A stretch of DNA of 64,000 nt from Clostridia bacterium (GTDB lineage: Bacteria; Bacillota; Clostridia; Christensenellales; CAG-138), in contig JAUNBP010000001.1 in assembly GCA_030526995.1 (NCBI GenBank), forward strand, positions 28,963 to 92,962, given 5' to 3'. Positions 49,807-58,635 of the stretch are shown piece after piece (the first letter of the stretch is position 1; each line of letters starts with the position of its first letter). The notes below the pieces were generated by a model. It searched no databases. It was given only the letters and a program-made list of their open reading frames with translations, and was not told the DNA's origin. Position numbers and translations under genes: made by a program.

Positions 49807-52800
49807 TAGGATACCTCTATCGGGAAGACATCAATTAATTTAGCGGAATACCTGCGAATTAGATTCGCATCTATGACATTAACCTGCCCATCGCCGTTGA
49901 CATCGGAAAGAATCAATGCTGTGTCGGAAAGAGTAAGCAGCTTTGCCGAATACCTTCTAATAATATTGGCATCAATTACATTAACACTTCCGCTCATATC
50001 CACGTCTCCATAATTAAACTCAAGAACTTGAAGTATATCCGAAAATATGTCAACGCCAATATGCTCGACTTCACCATCGGGGTTCCATCTGCATAAGATG
50101 AATGGATATGCGTCATCGCTTCCATCTTCAACATACACTAATGTTTCCTGTGTAATTGCAGTATCGACAACGGAGAAGTACAAGTCTAAAACCACCCCTC
50201 CATCGTTTATTCCTCCGACTCCATCCCACGCAAAGGAGATTTCGCCATCGATGGCTGTGTTTATTGTCGGAGCAAGGTTTTCTAACAATTCTCCGCCCCT
50301 GCAATCCTCAACTTTTAATACGCTTGGATCATACCGCACAACAAACTGCATCATTGATGCTCCGGTTCCTTCTGACAAATTGACAGTAACGTGAGAAGTT
50401 GCTCCCTTAACGACGGCCCTTGCCTCAACCCACAAGGAAGAATTTTGTTCACTTGGAGGTACTATAATAATGTTTCGACTTCCTACCGTTCCGCTGCCGT
50501 CATTTGCGGTTGCAACAATAGTTACAGTTCCCTCCTTTGTCGCAGTTAAAATGCCGTCAGTGGAAATCACCGCCTCTCCCGTGCCGGCAACGACGTCCCA
50601 CTCAACCGTATTGTCATAAGCATTATCGGGTGCGATTATCGCAGCAACTTGGACAGAGTCGCCAAGAAGTACCGTATCGTTGACATCAACTACAATTTCT
50701 GATACCGGAGCATATTCACCAAAGAATACTTGCATTACCTCTTGACTGAGTTCTGCACTCTCAATCCAAATGCTGCCGGCATATTCATACTGTTTAATTG
50801 CGCGAACCGCATACCAGTACGGAGCTACTGAGGAAACATTATCATCCAGATACACATTGCTAGCGCTGAACATTGAAGACTCTTGTCCGTATTGATCCGT
50901 CCTGTAAACCATGTACCCATCTGCGCCCTCAACAGCATCCCATGTCACTGTTATCATCTCGCTATTCGCTGTCGCCGAAATGTTTCGCGGAGTTGCGGGA
51001 ATGGTGCCTTCGGGAACAATGACAAACTCGTGGGTGGTTGTCATGGGATTCTTGTTTTCGCTATTACAGGTGACTTCGAGGATTGCCGTTTCTGAAATCA
51101 CGAACGGTTCAGTATAAACAAACTCGGCATCCACTTCGTCCTGCTCCTCTCCATCACTATTAATGATATCTCCTGTCCCTTCACTCCCTACGACTTCACT
51201 CTCGGGGAAGTAATATATTTTGCAAACGATTTCAGCATCGCTATCCTCGCAGGATAGGGCAATGGTCTGTGAACCCTCGTAGATTCCGTCGCTGATATTT
51301 ATTTCCGCAGTTTCCGTATCCTCGTCGTAGAGAATTATAGGAGTAAGTACCAGTGGGCCCGTAACAGATAAATAACTGTCGTCGCTCCACGATTCCAAAT
51401 ATGTGCCTTCGGCCAAATTCAGCTCAGGAGCCGTCGCTGCATCACCATGTGATACCTGTTGCTCACTGACGATATTTCCCTCCTCATCAAGGAATTGTAC
51501 AGTGTAGACTTTCTTCTCATATTGAGCATATAGAATCAAGCTCTTAGTAACACTTCCGACTGTATTTCCATCTGCATCCTTCCATCCTATAAAGTTGAAA
51601 CCTTCCCTATCCTCAGGGGTAGGCGTATCTATTGCGCTGCCATAAGTTAAATCCGTTTGCATCGCAACAGAGGCATTTTCCCAATCGACATATACAACCG
51701 TAAATGATTTGGGGGCAAAACGCGCCTTAATCGTCATGTTATCCCTTATATTTGTGAGACCATATTCCCATCCTATGAAAGTATAACCTTCTTTCAATGC
51801 AACCTCAGGAGCGACAATGCTGCCGCCCTCATTGACATATTGGGTTTCTCCGATTTGCGCACCGGTCAGTTCGTCAACAAAGGTTACTGAATATATCGGG
51901 GTCGGTGCCTTATAGAGGTCTCCGGTGTCGATGAATAGCGGAGATGTGGCACCTTCGATAGTCAAGCTTACGGTAAAATCACCGGTTTTTGCTGACGGCA
52001 TCTCTAAGGTTCTCACATTGCTGAACGAATAAGATCCATCCGCCCCCAAAGTCGTTTGTGCAATGTATTCATTGGAGTAATCCGAAGCTTCATCCACTTT
52101 GTAGATAGTCAGTATGGCTTGTCTTCCCTCGACATTTTCCAATCCGGTAACCACTCCGCTGATTGTAACTGCTTCGTCTTCGGGTTGCTCCAATTTCACA
52201 CGGATAAGCTCTCGAGTTTCGACTTGCAAGGTGTCACTTGCAATCGTCTCCATATCGTCCCACTCAGACCAATCTGTCCATGCGGCATATTGGTAAATCG
52301 GAATATCTTCACGGGTACGATAACGGTACTGCGTCTTGTAGGTAGCCGGAATTTGTCGACTTTCTTCCCAGTAGTATGTGGAGTTTGAAACCGTATATTT
52401 ATGCCACCAATATCTCCAATTTCCGCTTCTGTTGCTGTATATTCCATTGCCTATCGTGTTATTTTTCGTAGTGTAGACAGCCCAAGTTGAAGATGTGCCG
52501 TGTCTTGTGGTAGACCAGTTCGTATAGTTTAGATACCAGGTTCCGCCGTATCTGCTCTTGGCTGAAATATCGTTTGAATGATACCATGTGCCCTTGCTGC
52601 AATTTGTGCTCTTGTATCTACCATATCGATACTGTGTATAGGCTGCAGTTGCCTCTGCCTGTCGGGTTTCGACATCGACATTCTCCGATGCAACGATTTC
52701 TGCATCCTGCCAAGCACTCCAAGCGCTCCACTCACTCTTTTGGGTGGAGGTCTGATACAGCTCCCAATCAAGATAACTCGTGCTGGTTGTCCACTCGCTG

Positions 52801-55583
52801 AATTGCAGCGTCTTTGTCCGATATTGAGTTTTTGTCTGAACAATCGAGTCTCCTTGGATCAAGTGAGCCATTTCTTCAGGAGTTCCCCAGTCCGTCCAGT
52901 CCAGCTCGCCCGTTCCCATTGTTTTAACCGCTATTTGTGATAAGGGTATCATGGACGAGTACGCATCTACTATATACACCTCGGTTGATGCGAAGTTCTC
53001 GCCTCGAATATCCGTTGAGATGGGAACATATAATCGGAAATTCAAGGAGCTTTCGCCGTCAATGTAAAATGCATTGGATTCAGTCTTAGTTAAAAATTTC
53101 CCAAATGCCGATTTTAATGCAATGACCGCACGACCGTTGCGTCCCGTTTCCGTATGGTTTGTCATAGAGTAAGTGACCCAATATCCATATATTACTCCAT
53201 TGCGCTGTACAACGGTCACCTCATCGACAGTCGCAGTAATAGGAATATCCTTATTTGCCCAAACAGCACACGGAGTGCAAACAACATCCTGCGTTACGGC
53301 AAGATAAGCATCCGTGTCCCAGCCGGCAAGAGTATAACCTGTCGGCAATTTCAACAGTGATTCGTCAGGAGGGATTGCACAGCCCGGCGTGTCCCCATCA
53401 TAGCATACAATGCTTTCCTGTGCAATTTCGCCATTGTAATCCAAAAACGTAACCGTGTATTCTATTGGTTCATACAGGGCTGAAACCGTACGATCCGACA
53501 CAACATTTGTTAAAGAGCCACTCCATCCTTCAAAAGTGTAGCCCTCTCTGTCAGGCGTTCCCGGGGACACGGCGTCATCTCCATAGGCTACGGTTTGAGT
53601 TGTATAGGTTGAACCGTCATAATTCAAAAACGTTACAACGGAAGGTGCGTGAACGATGATCGTTGCCGCACTTGAATATTCGCTGTCACCGCTGACATTC
53701 GACGCTTTTACGCGAACCGTATAATTTCCCGCCTCGTTCAAAATGGTAGTTAAGGTTGTGGCGGGCGTCTTTGCCTCGTAGCAGACGTTTCCCGCTTCGT
53801 CATAGAATGTGACGGTATAGCTTCTTGCCCGAGAGCTTGCCCACCATGAGACCGTCAGCTCCTTGCCTGCGCCGACATGGTTTGTTATAGCCGTTAAGTT
53901 CGTTGCAGCAGGAGGCTCGATGGGCTCCCAAACCGCATACAACACCGTTGACGAGGAAGGAGTAAAACTTCCGTAGGGCAGAAAATCCGGGGCTTCCGCA
54001 TCATAATTTAACGCCCATCCGATAAAGTTGTATTGATCCCTCTGCGGCTTTGAAAGGGCATTAAAATATATGGTTGTCCCATGAGATACCGTTTGGCTGC
54101 TTGGTGCATTCATTCCTTCGTTGGCATCAAAATCAATGGTATACTTTGGCACGACCTTCTTCTGGACATAAAAATCCCATTCCTGCCATGAGCAAGTACC
54201 CTCCACATCCCACATTTCTATATAGAAGGTATACTGACCCGCCTTAAGTTTGGAAAACTTCATCTTATTACATTCTGCTGCGGTAATGGTATAGCTTTTT
54301 CCACTAAGTCCATCATTTGGAACTACAAACAGAATGTCATCTTCTTCCCAACTGTATATGTACATGGTATACTTGCTCAGATTGGTTACGGAAGACTTTA
54401 ATACCGTTCCTCGGACATACACATTTGAATTTCCCTCGGTAAGGTTTTTGCTCAGATTAGCGACATCGGAGGTCGGGTTTATCGTAATTACGGTTTTTAC
54501 ACCGCTTGTATCAACAGAACCCTCGTAGACCCATCCGTATAGCGCATTACCCTTATCGTCGAACCCGTATCGAACCTTATACCATGTATTTCCGTAGTGG
54601 TTTTTTATGCGACCCGTAACGGGAAGGGAACGGGAAGTAGTGCACACTCCCCCACTTGTATATGCCGCATACGGTTGCTGGTTAACTTCGAGCCATTTTG
54701 ACCCGGAAGGGGAAGTTTGCACATAACCTGAAACGGCTTCAATGGTGTAGGAATATACATCGCTGTAGTATTTTTCGCATCCATCGCAATACCCTATCGA
54801 ATTCCACTCATGCTGATGATAGTTAATCCCCTTTGTTATTACCGCATATAATGTGCAAAATCCCGATTCCAGGATACCTTTTGATGTTGTCCCATACCGT
54901 TTTCCCATTACGCTGTTCTCGAGTTTTATCATACCTTTGTCCCAATAATCTCCGGCGGGGTCTAAACAATAGAATGTATCACCCACATAGTGTGTTAAAA
55001 GAACTCCATGCGAGTTAATTATATTACCGTTTTTATCTTTTTTTCTACACCACACCAAAACACCTTCGGGATGACTGTCAAGAAGTGTCTTCCACTTATT
55101 CAATGGCTGTTGCGTAACTTGTATTTGCTTTATTCTATATTCGTAATCAGATGGTTTCACCTTTTCAACCTTACGCCATTGTACACTCACGTTCTTACCG
55201 TTTTTTTTGTATATCCAATCTAATGTAACTGCTTTGGACCATGTATTATAGTCAACACCGTTAATAATTTCAGCTCGTCTCAGCAGCATAGCCAAGCTAC
55301 ACAAGACACATGACTCCGGAATGTCTACTTGTGATATCGCCACTTTCTTTTGCAACTCCTCGTCCATCAACTGATCGTACAAAAAGGCTCCTGCAGCTCT
55401 CGTATTGGACATCGTTTCAGCGTCAGTTATAGCGTCCGCAGTTGAACCGTCATTTACCTCGTCCGGCGCATCAACCGTCGTGGTATCCACCGGGTCAGCA
55501 GCCGTTGTGTCAGCCATAGGAAATAGTGCCATTGCCATTATCAAAACCAACAATCCACTTAAAATCCTTTTTACTACCTTCAT
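49806..55583 (-). CDS. ~1925-aa secreted multidomain protein: C39-like peptidase, SH3b-like, InlB B-repeats, Fn3, Ig-like, cohesin, dockerin
   Basis: SQVDIPESC..., HGVLL...FYCLDP; WYKV...GWV; repeated VTF.D...P.REGYTF.GW; MQFVVRYDPSVL cohesin; duplicated VNVIDAN.IRRYSAKL dockerin. Confidence 0.82.
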   Translation of the reverse strand: MKVVKRILSGLLVLIMAMALFPMADTTAADPVDTTTVDAPDEVNDGSTADAITDAETMSNTRAAGAFLYDQLMDEELQKKVAISQVDIPESCVLCSLAMLLRRAEIINGVDYNTWSKAVTLDWIYKKNGKNVSVQWRKVEKVKPSDYEYRIKQIQVTQQPLNKWKTLLDSHPEGVLVWCRKKDKNGNIINSHGVLLTHYVGDTFYCLDPAGDYWDKGMIKLENSVMGKRYGTTSKGILESGFCTLYAVITKGINYHQHEWNSIGYCDGCEKYYSDVYSYTIEAVSGYVQTSPSGSKWLEVNQQPYAAYTSGGVCTTSRSLPVTGRIKNHYGNTWYKVRYGFDDKGNALYGWVYEGSVDTSGVKTVITINPTSDVANLSKNLTEGNSNVYVRGTVLKSSVTNLSKYTMYIYSWEEDDILFVVPNDGLSGKSYTITAAECNKMKFSKLKAGQYTFYIEMWDVEGTCSWQEWDFYVQKKVVPKYTIDFDANEGMNAPSSQTVSHGTTIYFNALSKPQRDQYNFIGWALNYDAEAPDFLPYGSFTPSSSTVLYAVWEPIEPPAATNLTAITNHVGAGKELTVSWWASSRARSYTVTFYDEAGNVCYEAKTPATTLTTILNEAGNYTVRVKASNVSGDSEYSSAATIIVHAPSVVTFLNYDGSTYTTQTVAYGDDAVSPGTPDREGYTFEGWSGSLTNVVSDRTVSALYEPIEYTVTFLDYNGEIAQESIVCYDGDTPGCAIPPDESLLKLPTGYTLAGWDTDAYLAVTQDVVCTPCAVWANKDIPITATVDEVTVVQRNGVIYGYWVTYSMTNHTETGRNGRAVIALKSAFGKFLTKTESNAFYIDGESSLNFRLYVPISTDIRGENFASTEVYIVDAYSSMIPLSQIAVKTMGTGELDWTDWGTPEEMAHLIQGDSIVQTKTQYRTKTLQFSEWTTSTSYLDWELYQTSTQKSEWSAWSAWQDAEIVASENVDVETRQAEATAAYTQYRYGRYKSTNCSKGTWYHSNDISAKSRYGGTWYLNYTNWSTTRHGTSSTWAVYTTKNNTIGNGIYSNRSGNWRYWWHKYTVSNSTYYWEESRQIPATYKTQYRYRTREDIPIYQYAAWTDWSEWDDMETIASDTLQVETRELIRVKLEQPEDEAVTISGVVTGLENVEGRQAILTIYKVDEASDYSNEYIAQTTLGADGSYSFSNVRTLEMPSAKTGDFTVSLTIEGATSPLFIDTGDLYKAPTPIYSVTFVDELTGAQIGETQYVNEGGSIVAPEVALKEGYTFIGWEYGLTNIRDNMTIKARFAPKSFTVVYVDWENASVAMQTDLTYGSAIDTPTPEDREGFNFIGWKDADGNTVGSVTKSLILYAQYEKKVYTVQFLDEEGNIVSEQQVSHGDAATAPELNLAEGTYLESWSDDSYLSVTGPLVLTPIILYDEDTETAEINISDGIYEGSQTIALSCEDSDAEIVCKIYYFPESEVVGSEGTGDIINSDGEEQDEVDAEFVYTEPFVISETAILEVTCNSENKNPMTTTHEFVIVPEGTIPATPRNISATANSEMITVTWDAVEGADGYMVYRTDQYGQESSMFSASNVYLDDNVSSVAPYWYAVRAIKQYEYAGSIWIESAELSQEVMQVFFGEYAPVSEIVVDVNDTVLLGDSVQVAAIIAPDNAYDNTVEWDVVAGTGEAVISTDGILTATKEGTVTIVATANDGSGTVGSRNIIIVPPSEQNSSLWVEARAVVKGATSHVTVNLSEGTGASMMQFVVRYDPSVLKVEDCRGGELLENLAPTINTAIDGEISFAWDGVGGINDGGVVLDLYFSVVDTAITQETLVYVEDGSDDAYPFILCRWNPDGEVEHIGVDIFSDILQVLEFNYGDVDMSGSVNVIDANIIRRYSAKLLTLSDTALILSDVNGDGQVNVIDANLIRRYSAKLIDVFPIEVS

Positions 55584-55626
55584 CCTATACTCCCTCCATA
55601 CTTGAAAATGTATTCGTTTCGTGCTT

Positions 55627-56634
55627 TTACCTGCGCTGTTTAGCCAAAAGCCAAACGGCAACAGCCGCCATTAAAACTGCTGCACAAAGAACAAACGGCC
55701 ACCACGGAATTGGCTTCGCCGTCCCCTTGTCGCTTTCTTCCTCATCCTCGCTTGCAGTATTCTCCGTCTCTGTAACTATATCTAAATCCTCGACATCGGT
55801 ATTGTCAATATTTTCAACATCGGAAACCTTAACCGATATTCCGCAGGTTGCATAAGTGGTTCCATCCAACGTCTCCGCAGTAATAATAGCTTCCCCCTCC
55901 GATACAGCGGTTACGGTTCCGTCCTCTGAGACAATTGCAACCTGCTCGTTGCTGCTCGTCCATACCACCTGCTCGCTCGTGTCGATGACATAAAGCTCCT
56001 GCGTCTCTCCTGCCGTTATTATCGATGCGTTTTCGTTCAAGGTGATTCCACTGTTTATTCCTTCAACAACGGTCGGTGAAGTTGTTGCGGCAGGATGTGG
56101 GCTGTATGATAAATCGCTGCCATCCGTAGCTTGATTGGGAGTCGGTGACCACTGTTCACTCGAGAGGTTAAGAATCACATCCTCGATTTCCAACTCGATT
56201 TGATCATAGTTGCTATCCACAACAATGAACTCTTGTGACATATCGAAGCTAACAATCGTTTCTCCTGTAGCAGACGGACGCTTCATAAAGGTCAGATTCA
56301 TCAGTTCCCCTCCCGATTCCAACGGGGAAAGGGAATCCCACACAAAGAAGATAACACCCTCATTCGGATGTGACATTAACGGCACCGTACTGCTTTCAAA
56401 ACAATCACCGACGTTCATCGAAACAAATTCCAGTTTTTCGGGTTCATATACAACGGCGAACTGTATGGCGACTGCTCCACCTGCATCTGACAGCATGACC
56501 GAAATAAGATAATTTTCCTCGTCGATTCCATTTGAAATAAGCTTAAGCGAGCCAATATTGTTTGCATTAGAAATACAAGGTAAAAAAGAACTAATGAGTG
56601 CAATAGCCATAAGAATAATAAATTTTCGTCTCAT
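55627..56634 (-). CDS. membrane-anchored cohesin protein (cohesin, Ig-like Big_2, C-terminal TM helix)
   Basis: Signal peptide; IQFAVVYEPEKLEF...GELMNLTF; VWTSSNEQVAIVSEDGTVTAVSEG; PWWPFVLCAAVLMAAVAVWLL followed by KQRR. Confidence 0.82.
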   Translation of the reverse strand: MRRKFIILMAIALISSFLPCISNANNIGSLKLISNGIDEENYLISVMLSDAGGAVAIQFAVVYEPEKLEFVSMNVGDCFESSTVPLMSHPNEGVIFFVWDSLSPLESGGELMNLTFMKRPSATGETIVSFDMSQEFIVVDSNYDQIELEIEDVILNLSSEQWSPTPNQATDGSDLSYSPHPAATTSPTVVEGINSGITLNENASIITAGETQELYVIDTSEQVVWTSSNEQVAIVSEDGTVTAVSEGEAIITAETLDGTTYATCGISVKVSDVENIDNTDVEDLDIVTETENTASEDEEESDKGTAKPIPWWPFVLCAAVLMAAVAVWLLAKQRR

Positions 56635-57034
56635 TGACTTCCCTCCAAGTAACCCCAACAATACAAATCGTCGAACAGAGCCTCTGCTCTTTTCTCACAT
56701 TCTCACACGGAGCATTCGTTCCTATGACACTTCAGTCCAATTTCGTTTATCTATCAAATCAATTTTATCAAAGGTTTTCAATAAATGCAAGCCCTAAAAG
56801 CAAAGATTTTTAATTTTTCCTTAAAAAAATTTTAACAGGCGACTTTGGTAGTTTAAGCCATAAAGTTTAGGAGTATAAAAAGGAGGAGGGCAGGACCTAT
56901 CACGCTATCGATAAGAGCTCTTAATCGCAGGCTAAAACGAGATAGCTCCGCAGAATATTCAATGGATGAAATTCACTCGCGCCTTACATCTCTTTACTAA
57001 CGTTATTTTAAGTGTTGGATACCAAAGTCAGGAT

Positions 57035-57138
57035 CTCTTTTCGACAAAAATATGAATGATGTTATTTTAACCCACTCCGAAGCCGTAAATTTGCTTAAAA
57101 AAACCTCATTTTAGACCGCAAAAAAGTGTCCCAAACAA
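57035..57138 (+). repeat. 104-bp direct repeat, copy 2
   Basis: Matches 48287-48390; its 3' end is the left arm of a perfect 15-bp inverted repeat (57122-57136 / 57158-57172). Confidence 0.93.
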
Positions 57139-57309
57139 GCCCATTTTTCGGTGTTTCGTTTGGGACACTTTTCCGAGCCGTTTTTTGCCCTGTTTTACTG
57201 GCTTTTTTGGGCTTTTTTTCAAGGGTCAGCGTGCGAGGAAACGAAGTTAATGGTACGCTGACAGCCAAAATGCCGACTTAAAAACAATCAAAATGGAAGG
57301 TGAACTTAA

Positions 57310-58416
57310 TTGAAAGGAATTGAAGAAATCAAGGTGGTAAGAACCATTGCAAAAGCACTTCTCAACACCGTTGAGGAATATCCTGCACGGCTTTTAAGGC
57401 TTGTAGCTCGAACGAAAAACACAAGTTATGAAGCTGCACGGAAAGCGGTATTCAGATACACAAGGGAGCGAGATTTTGTCTTTATGGGTCAAGAGTTCTT
57501 TCAGACGAGGCTGTTTGAAACATCGGGTGCAAGGAATGATAAGTGTCGTGCGATAAGGTTGAATCACGAGGTTTTGGAAAAGTTGGGATATGAGATGCGT
57601 GACTATCCGAGGACGGACGAAAAGCGGGAACGGCAAATGCGAATATGGGAAGCTGCTATATTTGCCGATATGCTCATGTATGAAACGGACGAACGCAAGA
57701 AGCCGAAGCTGCAATTAGAGCGATATGAAAACAACGAACAGCGATACTGCTACTACACATCACTGGAACTGAAAAGAGCGTTTCGAGAGGAAAGCGACCA
57801 ACCGACCGTACACCTGTACGACATGGATTACAGTTCGGCTGTTGGGCTGCTGTTTGCCGACGGTAGAGGGTACACCTGTTACAACCTGTTCGATACGGTA
57901 CGGCGGTGGCGGTCGAACGGAGAGCGCAACATGAATGGCTGGTGCAGCGAGCTTGCAGCACGGAATTTCGGTGGGGACGACTTTCAACGCTGCTTTCTCA
58001 TTTGGGGCAAGGATATGGAACTGCTCGTTAAAGCGATAAAGCAGAAGAAAGGAATATACTCCAACTTCTCCCACACCGAGGACAGCGAGGACATTCCCCG
58101 CCTTTACTTTCCACAGACGATTGACGGGCTTGCTGCGGCTGTCCTGCTGCGAAGCAATAAGTTTGAATCGGGCTGGCTGAACTATCACTTCCTGCCACGG
58201 CTCGTCAGTACAACCCCGTATGTGCATCAAGTGTTTTCGTGCGACATTCGAGATATGCGCCTGCTGCTTAAAGATGCAGAAACGCTCCCCGACACAACGG
58301 TTTGGTGCTTCCCCTTTCAAAAAGCAGCGGTGGAAGAACTAACCAACGGAAAAGCCGCCGCGATAAAAACAATAAGCCCACGGGAGCTTTGGAACGGTAT
58401 TCAATCACCTTCGTAA
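57310..58416 (+). CDS. hypothetical protein upstream of virD4
   Basis: 368-aa ORF; TTG start after AAGGTG; no motif recognised. Confidence 0.7.
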   Translation: MKGIEEIKVVRTIAKALLNTVEEYPARLLRLVARTKNTSYEAARKAVFRYTRERDFVFMGQEFFQTRLFETSGARNDKCRAIRLNHEVLEKLGYEMRDYPRTDEKRERQMRIWEAAIFADMLMYETDERKKPKLQLERYENNEQRYCYYTSLELKRAFREESDQPTVHLYDMDYSSAVGLLFADGRGYTCYNLFDTVRRWRSNGERNMNGWCSELAARNFGGDDFQRCFLIWGKDMELLVKAIKQKKGIYSNFSHTEDSEDIPRLYFPQTIDGLAAAVLLRSNKFESGWLNYHFLPRLVSTTPYVHQVFSCDIRDMRLLLKDAETLPDTTVWCFPFQKAAVEELTNGKAAAIKTISPRELWNGIQSPS

Positions 58417-58635
58417 GACAGAGTTATGGCTTAATTGCCATTGAAAATAAACGAATCAATGCAAGAACCTGTTTGCAGTTCCCCGCTAAACCACCACCCC
58501 AATGAAAACCAAACCCGACCTTGCACCAGTCCCCAAGCTCCGTGCTGCGATTGGCTCGGCAAGGAAAACTCACCCACACACCCCCGTGCCAATGGTGCGG
58601 GTATTTTTTATCACAATTAAGGAGGAATAACCCCA

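Noticed and set aside
48709-56634. Cellulosome for plant polysaccharide degradation
   Set aside because: Each protein has a single cohesin and no glycoside hydrolase or CBM motif was recognised
57249-57258. 9/10 match of putative guide 2 (AACGGTACGC) to AATGGTACGC upstream of the 368-aa gene
   Set aside because: Mismatch within the seed and too short to exceed chance
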